Assembly (NCBI RefSeq): GCF_009914755.1
Contig: NC_060928.1
Length of the DNA: 64,000 nt
Direction: 5' to 3' (one strand)
Source of the DNA: the human T2T-CHM13v2.0 reference genome, Homo sapiens
The notes beneath the pieces are model-generated. The model was not told where the DNA came from. It saw only the letters and a program-made list of their open reading frames with translations, and did not search any database. This document shows, piece after piece, positions 1 to 13,249 of the stretch. The translations under genes were made by a program, and so were the position numbers. How positions within the stretch are numbered: position 1 is the first letter of the stretch; every line of letters starts with the position of its first letter.

Positions 1-189
1 GATAGCAGAAACTCTACGAATCCACAAAAACTGCTCCTTGAAAATCCTAACTCAACGTAGTTATTTGTTGAGAAATTATTGTGAATACACTTTACGTGGA
101 TATCTGCTTAAATGATAATGATTATTCACAACTCAACTGCACATGCAATTGAATTTTTTAGTAATGTGTCTGATTCTTTAATCAAACAG

Positions 190-540
190 AATGTTCACAT
201 CCCTGACTGGAGTCAGGAAGACTAAGTTGAAGGTGCTGAAATAGGTCAAGTGACAGCTCAGAGGGACCGGAAGGAGGGTATATGGTGGTGCTGAGAACGG
301 GAAGATGGTCAGGGAGAGGCCGAGCAGAATACTCTGGTGAGACAATACACAGAATGGAAGGACTAGGGGAGACGGACAGAGCACTGCAGGAAAAGCAAGT
401 GACAGAACAAAGACAGTCGCCCAAACATTTGTTCAGATTTGGGGCAGAGATGTCTGATAGGTACACAGAAGTGTACAACTGGACTTCGAGAGAGGGAGAA
501 TGGTCGGGGGGAAGTAATAGATTTACGGGTCATTGTGCAT
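190..540 (-). mobile_element. Degenerate L2 fragment (tentative)
   Basis: Purine-rich stretch ending 'gtgtacaactggacttcgagagaggg...tagatttacgggtcatt', which resembles the antisense L2 body. Confidence 0.35.
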
Positions 541-1036
541 TTATTTCTGTTGCTCTATTTTAAACTGAGATACGGGTTTGCAAAGTCAAGATGTTAAGTT
601 CTACATATTTCTTTCTGGGTGTTTTGCTAAGCTTAGGGAAATGTATTATATCAACTACATAACAAGGTTATATAAACGTTGAGAAAGCTTTAAAGAAATA
701 AATAATCTAAGCACAATTTAGGACTGTTTTCATGAATTTTCAACTGTCATCACTTACTACTTATCTAACTCTCATTTTCCATACAGAACACTTTTTATCC
801 CCCAAATATAATCATTTCAAAGAGGCAAATCCCTCTCCCTTGGGGAAAAATTAGGGTTAGGTTAGACTCAGAGTCTAGTGTTGTGGCACTGGAGCAGTGA
901 GTTTTTAAAGCTCATTTTTCTTGATAACCCCTTATAATAAGGTAATCCTCCCTCCCCACTTACCATTAATAAAGGACAAGCATTGTTCTCAGTTTATTGT
1001 TGTCATCTCTGCTCCAAGAGTTCTGCCCTAGCCTAC

Positions 1037-1067
1037 CTTGGCTCTTCCAGCTTCTGCTTTTTTTAGA
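1037..1067 (-). other. Candidate 31-nt exon (alternative donor extends it to 964; may be a terminal exon)
   Basis: Minus strand reads ttttgtgtttctttttctttccaag|TCTAAAAAAAGCAGAAGCTGGAAGAGCCAAG|gtaggc. Second donor ATG|gtaagt at 964/963. AATAAA at 993-998. Confidence 0.4.
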
Positions 1068-1476
1068 CTTGGAAAGAAAAAGAAACACAAAATCAGAAAC
1101 AAAAAGTTAAAATACTTAGGCTACATTTTTTTGTGTGTGATCATGAGCCCATAAAACTCTTTCTAATCAGACAAAATCATTGTCTCTTCTCCACCTCAGT
1201 CCTTTGATCTTTGTGGCAGCATCTAATTCACGCTCATTTGCTTTGGATATTTCATCCTCAGCCAGCTGTGACACCTGAGTAATTTCACATACAAAACACA
1301 TTTCTGAAATATTCATATTTATCAATTTTACTAAAGTATTTTACAATTTTAAAGTACATTTAAACAGACCTCTAAATCAATTTAAAAGAAAAGAAGTTTA
1401 ATACAGGCAATAAAAAGTGTCTGCTCAACGTACATTTGTAACGTGCATAAGTAAAATACAGTTACAAAGTAAATAC

Positions 1477-1488
1477 CTTGGCTCTTTT
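1477..1488 (-). other. Candidate 12-nt microexon AAAAGAGCCAAG
   Basis: Minus strand reads atatttcactttgctaacag|AAAAGAGCCAAG|gtattt. Frame-preserving length, with TGC just upstream of the acceptor. Confidence 0.45.
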
Positions 1489-1555
1489 CTGTTAGCAAAG
1501 TGAAATATGTTCTAATATTTAAGTTTTACGGATGGACACTAATGAGAAAAAAAAT

Positions 1556-1820
1556 TGTTTTAAATATATAAATTTATGGGGCACAAGTGCAATTTCATTA
1601 CACGCATAGATTGTGTAATGGTCAAGTCAGGGCTTTTAGGATGTCCATCACCTGAATGATGTACTTTGTACCCATTAAGTAATTTCTCATCCTCCACCCC
1701 CTCAGCCTTCCTAGTCTCTATCGGCTATCATTTCACCCTCTCTATTCATGTGTACACATGTTTTAGCACCTACTTATGGGTGAGAACATGTGACAGTTGT
1801 CTTTCTGTGTCTGACTTGGT
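1556..1820 (-). mobile_element. L1PB3/4-like 3' end fragment
   Basis: 'gtcagggcttttaggatgtccatcacctgaatgatgtactttgtacccattaagtaatttctcatc' is antisense L1PB 3' UTR. Confidence 0.75.
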
Positions 1821-2824
1821 TTTAAAAAAAGTCTTGGTTTAAAGATCTGAAAAAAAAAATAAGTGCAGCTGCTGACACTTTTGGGACAGCCTCACAGGTA
1901 AGAAAAGAGTAAGATGACAACAAAAATGATTACTTAAAATTAGGTAGAATTGGATTTGAACATTAAAGAGACTTGCAGAAGAGATATTCTGAGGCATAAT
2001 AAACAGGCATATTTATGTATTAATCTTTATAAGGTAACTGTTTTCCCTTTGTACATTTGGAAAGAAAGTTTACTGGCAGATTTATTAGCAGATTTGTGGT
2101 ATTTTGTCTTATCACTTGGAAGGCATTCATTCCAATCTGCAAAGGAATGCTTATTTTCCCAGTATGTGCTACATTTTAACATCTTTACAGTTCACATTCT
2201 AGGTACATTCTACGTTCTATATGTGATCTATGTAGTAAAGATGAAAATGTATTGTAACATTTGATGCATTCATGAGAAATTCTATATATCATGGAAGTTA
2301 TTTATGTAATTTACTGAGACTAAAACAGATACAATTTATTGCCAATTTAAATTTTTACATAAGAAAAGAAAATATGTGCAATTTGCAAAATAGTTCATAA
2401 AAGCTGTTAAATTTGACACATTTCCATGGCTTGCATCAATCAATCATGGATTTTTTAGTGCAAGCGTTTTCAGTCTTATACTCAGTGAGTACACAACAAT
2501 ACATAAGGCTTATTTTTCTTCTTCTTCTTATAGTTATCTCATAAATCTGTCCAAAGCAATGCATATTTGAAAACATTTTCCCCCATGGTAAATGTGTGAG
2601 AGTAGCAACACAGCAATGTTTTCATTTTTTTCTCAAGATTCTACTTAATATCCAAAGCATTCATATGCAAATATTAGTGAGCCAAACGAAGAGGGTGATT
2701 TCACAGCAGTGCTTGCTAGATTCTATTTTGCTGAATAAGAATGAACAAAAACCTAAAGGCTGACCCCATCAACTCCTCCCATGGAGAATAAGTGTTCTTC
2801 ACAGATAGTGTAGGGGCCCCTTAC

Positions 2825-2836
2825 CTGTGACAGTTT
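2825..2836 (-). other. Candidate 12-nt microexon AAACTGTCACAG
   Basis: Minus strand reads ttaagcctcttgtgttctag|AAACTGTCACAG|gtaagg, with a strong donor. Confidence 0.45.
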
Positions 2837-4903
2837 CTAGAACACAAGAGGCTTAACCACTTTATTTAGTACTTTACTCAAAACATTAACTTAAGAGAAA
2901 AGCTGCCAGTCCTGGGGAGGAGGCAAGGATAGGGATGGGCAGAAAACCAGAGGTACCAAGTCCAACCTGATTCATTTGGCAAAGCATTCCTTGGCTGATA
3001 TTAATGACAATCCTTTTCTCCATCTGCTATTAAGCTTGGGCAGGATGGAATGGATGGGATATTGGTAGGGTTGCAAGATTTAGCAAATAAAAACACAGGA
3101 TGCTCAGTTAAACTTGATTTCAGATAAACAATATATAATTTTTTCAATGAATGAATATTTTTCAATGATCCAAGATACAAATTTAACTGGACATTCTGTA
3201 ATTTCCTCAGCAGCCTTAGATGTGGGGAGAGAGCATGGACAAGGACAAGCTTGTGAAGAAGAAAGGAAAAGGAGGCGCATGATAGCCGAGGTCATATCAC
3301 CATTCCATGAAAAGCCTCTCTATCAGTCCCTATCTTGCATAATTTCCCCTCTCCATCACTATTTCAGGCCCATGTTGAATATTCCCCATGAATTCTGAGA
3401 ATCTCTTATACTCTAATACAAATTTGAAAGCCTTATTTGAGATAAGAGCCACAAATGTACTTTACTACATTTTGTTATCCAAACTGTTTTTATGTGAGGC
3501 TAAGTTTTGTTGAAACCTCTTCCTGATGACCATACATTGTTTTAATCCTTCAATGGACATAACATTCCCCTCTTGTGAACATAGTTTGTCTTCCGCAATC
3601 TAGAAATAATTGGTACAAATGAGGAGAGGAGGCATCCGAACTGCCCTGAGCTGAATGCTTTTACATATGCCAAATGCTTTTGCAAAATGTCTCAAAAAAT
3701 TTAACTCTCCTCATAAACCAACACCTTAGTTTTACTTCTCCAAAATGCACTTGTTGCTATTACATATACAATATGTATTTTGGACAACTCACTCAAGGCT
3801 GTTGCTACAACAGGATTCTTAAACTCATTCCAGCCAAACTTTATAAATGAGGAGAATGTTGACCATCCTGGCTGATAAGATGATAGTACACCTGGGAATC
3901 TCAGTCCAATCAGCAATCTAAATTGAGTTTGAACTTTGTTCTGCATGCATCTGTTTCACCTATCATTAGTAGGACCAAGTGGAGTGCAGGTCAATGTTTA
4001 GAGACATCCAAAGTAGGGTCTATGGTCGTATTCATGTTGGAAGCTAGAGAGTTAAGGAGAAGCTCTTCACCATTTCTTCAATGAACTCATGCTTTGGCTC
4101 TCCCCCATGCATATAGAAAGCAGCTCACATAAAGAGTGAGTGCATGATGTGATCTCATCCTGTAGTTGGACATTACTTTGTTGGCTCCCACACTTAAAGC
4201 AATTTGAATTTCTCAGCAGCCATACATCACCAGTTTTGACAGAATTTGCAGGTTTGTTCTTTACTCCCAGCCTAATGGATGAAATGAAACTTGGTGAGCT
4301 CCCAGAGTTGGACAACCTTCAGAATGCTGAGACATACTAAATGAAGGAAGAAAGTCCTTTTGTGAGTTCTCCAAAACTCAGACCTCCCAGTGACTACAGC
4401 AAGGTCCTGTTGTTTCAGTGAAAAGCTGTTCAACTTGGTGAACCAGTAAGTGATCTCTACAGTTACAAAAACTTCTGAGATTCCAGAATCCTTTGCTCAT
4501 CCCTTTTGTTTCTCCAGGCAAAGAAAATGGCATTTTAATAATGGCACCTTCACTAGTAAAATGACTTGCACATGCAAAGTAGATTCTCAGTGAATATTTG
4601 TTCATTCCTGATTATCACTAAGAGAACAGACACATTATAAAACTACTTCAACTTGTTCGGGTTAGGATTTTTTGTTTGGAGTTTTGCTGTTTATTAGTCC
4701 ACTTAGTTGAAATCCCATCTTAATGCCCTTTGATTAAGATTGGTACAAGATTAATAGCTCCAAATCTATTCTTGTTGTGTCTGTATATTTATACTGGCAT
4801 CAAACAACACAGTTTTCAATGAATGACTCTTCCAATATATCAGTTAGATTTACTATTTCAGATGGAATTTTAAAAATCTGTCTGAAATGTACAGATTTCT
4901 TAC

Positions 4904-4918
4904 TAGTATACTCTGCTT
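4904..4918 (-). other. Weaker candidate 15-nt microexon AAGCAGAGTATACTA
   Basis: Minus strand reads tatttcttgtctgctaag|AAGCAGAGTATACTA|gtaaga, with tandem NAG acceptors. Confidence 0.25.
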
Positions 4919-5684
4919 CTTAGCAGACAAGAAATAGCATACAAACATCTCATATTTATTTTTTATATCCTATAATTTTGACCTTGCCTCTGATAATGAT
5001 TGGTATGTAAAAATAGAAAAGAGCTATTGCCCCAGATAAAACAATTTTTTAAATGCTGACAGTAGGGTTTGATTTTAGATTGGATGCTGTTTTTTCTTCC
5101 TCAAATAAAAATCATATTAAGTAGGAAATCTAATAAACATCCTAATGGGGTGAAAACATTGTTTCTCATAATTCAGCTTGCTTTCTTTACTTATTAGTTA
5201 AGCTCAGCCAGGATGGTGGGCAGGCTGGCATGGAATTGATGTGTCTTGATGTATTATGAAACATTACAGCTGAGCTCTACAGCCTCTGGGCAGAGGTCAA
5301 GTGAAGGTGGAAGAGATGATTTCATGCAGGCTCCTGCCAGAAGCTTGATATCTGATGTCGACTGCTGACAACAAGCCAAGTGAATTCACTAAAGTTTGGA
5401 CACTGTACAACAAGTTTGGTGCCTCTTGTGACTGTGTAATTGGTCTATGCACTCAAGATTAGACTATTTATAAACACTGAGGAATTTTCAGGGCAATACA
5501 AATTTCACTACACATGAACAGAGGTGCTTGGCAGTATTCACAAACAATCCCATTGACCGACTCTGAGGTGTACATGTTAAGACTAATAAATATAATTGGC
5601 CCCATGCACTTTATATGAAGATAAATTTTAGTGTTAAACGTCATCCTTCAGATAAAATGATCACCTCTGTCAGAATAATTTGCT

Positions 5685-5845
5685 TCCTTATTTGCATATT
5701 GCCTGTCCACTCCCACATGAGAATATAAAGTCCATGAGCCTGGGGACTGTTGTCTGTTTTGTTCACTGCTGTATTCTCCAGGACAGAGAAGAGACCCTGG
5801 GCCGTAAGAGGCTTTAAAAAATATTTATCCAATGAATGAGGAGTG
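5685..5845 (+). mobile_element. L2 3' end
   Basis: 'gtccatgagcctggggactgttgtctgttttgttcactgctgtatt...aaatatttatccaatgaatga' is an L2 tail. Confidence 0.7.
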
Positions 5846-7359
5846 ATGGAAGTGAAGAACACTAAACTCAATTTAGTGGTTACCACTGCATAAAGGAGAG
5901 AAATAAAACTGCAAGAGGAACACGAGGCACCACCTGTATCTGCAATATTGTGTCACCATAAGAAAACTCTGATATAAAACATGCCAAAATACTGAGCTCT
6001 GGCAAAAAACAAAAAGCAAACAAATTCAGCCACAGCTAAAGGTATGACATTAATAAATAGTTTGTACAACTGGTTAGAGCACATGCTATGCAATTAAAAA
6101 TTATATATGGTTTCAATTCATACAGAGAAAAAGGCAGAATTGTTTTTCTTCTTGCTTTGTCTTTCAGGTTTATTTATCTTAAAGTTAACTCTTATCAATT
6201 GTGTTTACGACTCGATTTAGTTACAAAGGTCATCAGAACTACCTTTTTAATTGCTTAATTTATATAATATCTTTCAGATTGAAAATTATAATTGACAGTT
6301 TCAGATTATGTAATATAGTCAAAGGTTTAATATTTATCTGTAGATTTGGTCAGTTTAAATTATTGAAGCCCATAGTGACTTGAAAGTCCAAATTCTATAT
6401 GAAAGTACTTAATTTATTAAATTGAGTAAATTATCATTTTACTAATATTAATTAACTAAATTGATTAAATCATTTTAATTCTATCTTTTTTTCATAGCTT
6501 CTTTCAAAGACAACATCATTTGAAGTCTATAGAAAGCTTCTTGACACATATTACATTCTAGATTCTATTCATTTATAAAAATATATCTTCTGTCTCTTGG
6601 ATTATACATTATATTTTTTATGTTGAACATCTTTCTATTGCTTTTCTAAATATGGCAATGCCAAACAATAAGCAGACTGAAAATATAAATGTTTAGTTTC
6701 ATGTATTGGCAATGGCATGTTTAGAGCTAAATTACTTCATTGGCAAACATTTAACTGTTGAAGATCTTTCTCCCTTTCTGTCTTCATCTCTCCAGGCTCT
6801 GCATGAATTCTGTGGTCTCTATAGGAAGTAGTAAAATGATCTATGGTACCCCAAAAGCAGTCTTCAGGGGATTTCACAGAGCAAGTATCAGAACATGTTA
6901 CAACTCATTTCTAAGGAAGTTCCTCTAAACTTCCTGTCTGTACCATAAACCATGGTCTGCTGGTCTCCTCTTCATTCATTCATTCATTCATCCAAGATAC
7001 TTTCTGGATGTCCCTGTCTTCAGGAAGAAGGGCTTAATAGTGGAATGTTATGTGGGCATTGCCACTGGACAGAAACATTCTTCTCTTTGCATAAAGTCAC
7101 ATGGTAAGCATAACCATCTCCCTTTCCATCTTTTGAGATTCTATTTTACTCCAGTGGGATGACAATAAATGAAGAGAAAAGGATCCCCCAAAAGTCATGC
7201 AGAAAAAGAGTTTTAAGATTCTTAGAAGGCTGTTCAATTCATATGTTATTTGAAATATCCAGAGAATTTGTGGAAGATCCTTTCTATGGCTTTTCTTGAA
7301 TACTTTTGAATAAAACTCTTCTTACCCAAACAGGCCTGATAGAGTTTCTTATTTTATAT

Positions 7360-7715
7360 GCCTTTGCTCCTAATGTGCCTTTTGGCTAGAATGGCTTTAC
7401 CTCCTCTGCCAGATGGAATATGATCCATCCTCCAAGGTTCATTTTAAATGGAACCAAATCCCCTCTTCAAACCCTTCTCTGATTCTTCTGGCAGGAGTCA
7501 TTTCTCCTTCCTCTGAATTTCCTTAGCTTCTTTATTTACTGATATGATGACCTTTAGACATTTTCAACATATATAATAACTATGTGTGGGCTTCAGATGA
7601 TAAGTTTTTGGGAAGGAGGGGGTATTATTTATCTTTGAACTCACCACCTTTCCCAGACAAATGTTTTGCATGCACTAGGCTGTCAATATATGCATGCTGA
7701 ATACTAATTGAATAT
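7360..7715 (+). mobile_element. Degenerate L2 3' region
   Basis: L2-like 'gcctttgctcctaatgtgcc...tagaatg', ending 'tcaatatatgcatgctgaatactaattgaat'. Confidence 0.5.
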
Positions 7716-8555
7716 TATCTCCCTCTTTTCCATACAAGGAAGAGCTCAAAAATTACAGTTTGCCAGCCCATCTTTTCCCATCTCCAGGTAGTCTATCTCC
7801 TTTAAAAATAAAAGGCTGGAGAATCAGCCTATCTAAAAAACAAAACAAAACAAAACAAAATCAACCCACCACTAGTAATGGCAGCTATATACCAGATGTT
7901 ACACCGTCTAAGCTCGAGGAATACAGCTAACCTGGTTTCCCAGGAATTTCAGCATTGTTGAATGCTTGACTCTGCATTAAAATTCTGAACATCAACATTA
8001 AGTGGCTGATTAGTTAACTGATTGTTCAGATTCTTTAATCTTCCTACCTGTTTCCCTGTTCTGCTTAACCCTTAGGTAAAATGTGGCAACAGAAAAGCTG
8101 GAACTAAAGCTCTGACCAAAGAATATCTGGGGAAAGAGAGTGGATGGATTAAAATGATAGTTTCACTTTGAATTACTTGTGTATTTTGATTATAAATCAA
8201 ATTTAAATGACAAATATCCCAGTTAGACCTTCCACTTAAGTAATTTTAATTTATCTGTACTTGGTTAGTTTGTTTTCTGGACATCCTTGTCTAAACATGG
8301 TGTAATCTAGGGCACCAGATGTAATTTTCCTTCTTATGTACTTCACTAGCCAGTGTGTATTGTGCTAGATCATTTTTTCTCAAAAAAAAAAAAAAAAACT
8401 TCTTTCTTCCTTATGGGTGAGAAGTCATATCCAGGTCACATAATAAGTTAGTGTTAGAACTCAGCTTTGGTATCTGGGTTTTCCGTTTTCTAAATCAGAG
8501 CTTTATATATGTGTTAAAAAGCCAGATGCCATTAAATATCAAGCTCCTTTAGGGG

Positions 8556-8582
8556 ACATACACACACACACACACACACACA
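8556..8582. repeat. (CA)n microsatellite
   Basis: Direct reading. Confidence 0.95.
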
Positions 8583-8699
8583 GATTCCATGAGCAAATAA
8601 TTTAACTACAGTGGAATTTTTTCAGAAAAGATCTATTACCCAATGTAAGAGAAATAAGTAATAAGATAAATGTAATAGATTTAAAATAAAGGTACGGAA

Positions 8700-9340
8700 A
8701 AGAGTCTGGCAGTTTGTCAAAAGGGTAAAAATAGAGTTAACATGACCTAGCAATTCCACTCCAAGGTATATATTCAAGAGAAAACAAGTAAACAAACATA
8801 TACCTAAACAAAAATATGTACATGAAAGTTCACAACTGCATTATTTGTAATAGCCAAAAAAGTAGAAACGACCCTCATGTCCATCAATTGATGAATGGAT
8901 AAACAAAATATTGTGTCTTCATACAACTGAATACTATGTAGCTAGCTATAAGAAGGAATGAAGTACTGATGCATGTCACAGCATGCATGAACCTTGAAGA
9001 CATTTAGGTTGAAGACATTTACCTTGAAAATATATGGTCTGCACAGAAGACCATATATTTTATTATTTTATTTATATGAAGTGTCCAGAATAGACAAATC
9101 TGAAGATTCAGAAAACAGTGCCTGCCGATGGTGGGGGAGGGGCTCAGGGCTGGAGGGAAATGCGGAGTGACTGTAAATACATATGAGTCTCCTTTTGGGG
9201 TATTGAATATGTTCCAAGACTGACTGTGGTGATGGATAGTTGTTCAGCTTTATGAATATACTAAAAACCATTAAATTGTGTACTTATTTAAATGGGTAAA
9301 TTGCATGGTCTGTGAATTATATCTCAATAAAGGTGTTACA
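8700..9340 (+). mobile_element. L1MB-like 3' fragment
   Basis: 'gacctagcaattccact...gatgaatggataaacaaaat...tgtgaattatatctcaataaag' is an L1M 3' end. Confidence 0.85.
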
Positions 9341-10099
9341 TACATATTTTTAAAAAGGTGAGCTTATAGGGGCTTAATATTCATTTATTCATTTATCATT
9401 CACTATTTTATTCATTCATGTACGCACATGCACTACCCCAGATTGGCCTTCTCTGACATTGTCACCTCTCTACCTCCATCTCTACCTCTAGACTGAGAAT
9501 GTCCTCACACCACCCCTCAATTATCTTTCAGAGCATATGCCACATTTCTAATCATGCTGCAGTCTTTATGACAAAGGATCTCACCTATTCTGATCACTGA
9601 TGTGTCTGCAGTACCTAGTATAATGGGCATGGCTCATGAAAGTTGTTTCAATTACCAAAATATGAAATGTTGCATACTATTAATAAATGGGAAGACCCTA
9701 AAACATCCTAAGAGATCAAATAAATATAATTGTATGAATGTATACCTGTTAATAATAAAAAGGAAGAGCAGAAAAGATTAATTTTCTTTCAGTTGGAATT
9801 TAATCCCAAATCATCCAAGTTTATATAAACCATGCTTGAGATCAAAAGAGATCATAGCTGGATTTCAAGGAGAACATAATGTTCTTGATATCATGTGCAA
9901 AATTTTCTTGGTATATCTACTTTCTCTAGGAGATTATACATATTTGTTATCAAATTTTTAAATAGTAAAAGAGCCCCAAGAAGCCACTGCTAGATCTTGA
10001 TCAAAAAGGCCCCAAATGCAAGTGAAATTCAGTACATGAATAGTCCACCTTTTCACTGCCTCTAATCCAAAACCAATTCCTATTGATAATAACACTTAA

Positions 10100-10460
10100 A
10101 TATAAACTGAATAATCCCCCATTTTTATTTCTACTTCCATTGCTTTGTCTCTGGCATTTGCAGTTTCCTGCCTAGACCATTGTAACCACAGCCTAACTAC
10201 TCTCCCTACCAGCAGCAGAGAGATGCTCACATTCTTCTTCAGCGAATTAGTAATTCACAGATGCCATGGCAAATAAAACCCTTGAGTGGCTAACTACAGT
10301 ATGCGTATCTGCAACTATGATTGCTTTACTTTTTCTTTTTTCAGTTAGTACATATAAAAGAGATGATCAGACCCCTATGAACAAAGACCACGATTAATCA
10401 TCTTTATATTCGTGTCTGGAACATAGTAGATGTTGTATAGTTATTTGTTTAGTTGAATGG
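10100..10460 (+). mobile_element. Degenerate L2 3' region
   Basis: 'cctgcctagaccattgtaacc...gtctggaacatagtagatg...tatttgtttagttgaatg'. Confidence 0.5.
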
Positions 10461-12149
10461 ATCTGTCACCCCCAAATGCCTAATATATGCTTTGTATATG
10501 AGAGAGGTTTAATAATGCTAAACAAATGAATGGTATCTCTATATGCTATATATTCACATAGATGCATATTCTATGTGTTCATTATTTAGTCTTTCTCTTA
10601 AAGTCCTCCTTGGGTGGGGTAGGAAAGCAAAAACCTTGAAAACAGCAGGAGCCTACTTCTACATACGGTGCTTTAAGAAACTGATGTGTCTTAAAACCAA
10701 AGCAAATCCCATTAACAGAATAAAACCCTAGTATACACTTACAGTGCTGAGTAGATGAAATTTAATGGAATCCTGTAAGTAGCTACCTTGAAATTGCCAT
10801 CTTGTTCCAAGAAGGTTTCTAGATTATTTTAGTATTTTTATGTAAATTTATAATAACTTGAATTCTAAAAGCTGTTTTATCAAGGATTTTTCCACTGTGT
10901 AGAGTTAGCTTATTAGGTTTATTCCATTTTTCTCTTTCTTGTAAAGCTTTAACACATATTTAGTTATGACCTAATAAAGACCTTGTACAACAAAACATAC
11001 TGATGCTCAAGTAGCTGCTCTATTGTGGTGCCATAGGCAGTACAAAGGGCTTATTTTGTTCCTGCTTCTGGTTCTGTGGAGGCTCATAACCAGAGGCATT
11101 TAACTCAGATAGCTAGATCTACTGTGTGTCCTTTGGTAGACAATAAATTTTCAAAAGAGGGGGTAAATGCTTAGATTTTAAAAAGTCCAACATATCATTA
11201 TAACTAAAATATACAGATGAAAATGCATTTTAAACCTTTAAAGAGCATAACTGTGTTAGGTTATCAGTGTCCAAATACCTTACATTATGTTATACACAAT
11301 GAGCAATTGCACAGCTCCAACTTCCAAAACAACATTTAGCAAAATGAATCCCCAGAAATCCATCAACCACAGAAATGTGCTTCTCATGTTCTCTGGTGGC
11401 ACTTCCCTTCCTGGTACCCTAGTCTTTCCATTCAGCCATTAACTAACTATTGGCATTGGGTAAATCTTTGAGGCTTGATTACATCATCTTTTGTAAAGAA
11501 TCTAGAGTCTTTATTTGCATTATAGTCATGGGGGTTGAAGTAGATGAAGTATTGAGGCACTTTCTGGTTGCTAGGTCTAGTAGTCCAGAATTTACCCAGT
11601 ATTCTCAGGCTAAATAAGTCCAATTTTAAGAAGATAAAGATAAGTCTATGCATGCTCTCCCGACTTCATTTTGTGTTCATGTTCAGAATCTACTTCTACA
11701 ATACCACAATAAGCAATTCAAGCAAAGATTACCACTAGTCTCACTATTCAAAGTCTAATGGAAATTGTTAACATTTAACTACATTCTTGTTTTTAAATTT
11801 CTTAATATTTAAGGTTGTTTTGCATTTCTTTTTTCTCCAGCTTGTGGGATATTTCACATTCTAGTGTTCTTCCTTTATGTCAACTCTTCTTTCTCAACTT
11901 TGTTGCTGGCTCCCCTTCCTCTCTTGGCTACTTACATATTAACATCTATTCCACACCCAAGCAGACTTTCCCTTGGCCTTTTTCCTCATTCTAAATGTTA
12001 CTCAATTGTGATCAGATTCATTTCCATGAATGAACAAATCACCCCAAATTAATATGCTGTAGGTATTTCCAACCCAACAAATTTTAAATTAGATGAATCC
12101 TTTCCTTCAAACATAGACCTATTAAGAGGTCAAGTACTTTACCTCTTAG

Positions 12150-12554
12150 TGTTAGTAGTTTTCTGTTGCTTGTAATAGAATACCTGAAATTAGGTAATTT
12201 AAAGAGAAAAATAATTTTTTTCTTACAGAAATGGAGGCAGAAAATTTCATGGTTGATGGACTGCATCAGGTGATGGCCTTCTTGCTGATGGGGACTCTGC
12301 AGAGAGTTCCCAAGCAGCACAGGGCATCACATGACAAGGGAACTGAGTATGCAAGCTCAGATCTCCCTTCCTCTTCTTGTAAAACCACCAGTCCCACTCC
12401 CATGATAACCCATTAATCTAATAATCTAGGAATGAATTAATCTATTTGTGAAGGCAGAGCCTTCATGTCCCAATCACCTCTTAAAAGCCCCACCTCTCAA
12501 CACTGCCACATTTCAACATGAGTTTTGGAGGGAATAAACATTCAAACCATAGCA
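12150..12554 (-). mobile_element. MaLR solo LTR (MSTC/MSTD-like)
   Basis: Ends 'ttcaacatgagttttggagggaataaacattcaaaccatagca'; internal 'cccaatcacctcttaaaagccccacctctcaacactg'. Confidence 0.85.
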
Positions 12555-13249
12555 ATAACTAAGTGATTTTGAAAAAATTGGAAGAGTATTACAAATAACA
12601 GAGCTAAAAATGACTACTTAACAAAAATTTGGGTATACATAATTGTTAAAGCTGATATTGAGAGAAGTTACACCATTGCTTTTCAACAAAACACTGTTTA
12701 AAACCACTGTTCACAGAATGCTGGCATGATGAACTTTGGGTCTGACTCAAGACGAAAACTCCTGAATTCACAAAAAAAATGTAATTATATGGTTGGTATT
12801 TTATATTGTGTAAAGCAACAAATTTTCAACCCAGAATCCTGGGAAAGATCCCATTTCTAGGTACTGTATATAAGAATCTTACAGCTGGGGTTGGAATATC
12901 AAAGAAAAAAGACTAGGGGTTTTTAATCTAGTGTGAAAAATGCTTCAGATGTTACAATTATATGTCATACAAGAAAAACATATATGCATTTGAAATTTTA
13001 AATAACATTAAAGAAAGACTTCAGATTTTTATGTTTAACTAGTAGCACTTTGTTTTTTGAGTCATTATGCTTGGATTTACTCTTTTGGCATTGACACCTG
13101 CATTCTTCAAAGCTTCCTTAATCAGCAGGATTTCAGAATAAAATTAATTCTTAATTATCTGTAGTAATGGAGAGCATAAACAGAATAGAAAACAAAATAA
13201 TACCAGTGAAAGTAAGTATTTGTTCCTCAAAATGTATCGAATTTGTTCC

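Noticed and set aside
182-563. Overlapping 93-98 aa ORFs on both strands
   Set aside because: No recognisable protein; they coincide with L2-like sequence
4378-4605. ORF with IYFACASH, reminiscent of the hAT transposase CxxH motif
   Set aside because: No other transposase motifs or terminal inverted repeats found; likely chance
8048-8126. 79-nt minus-strand exon-like segment (ctctttccccag ... CAG|gtagga)
   Set aside because: Good splice sites, but no recognisable coding content or independent support
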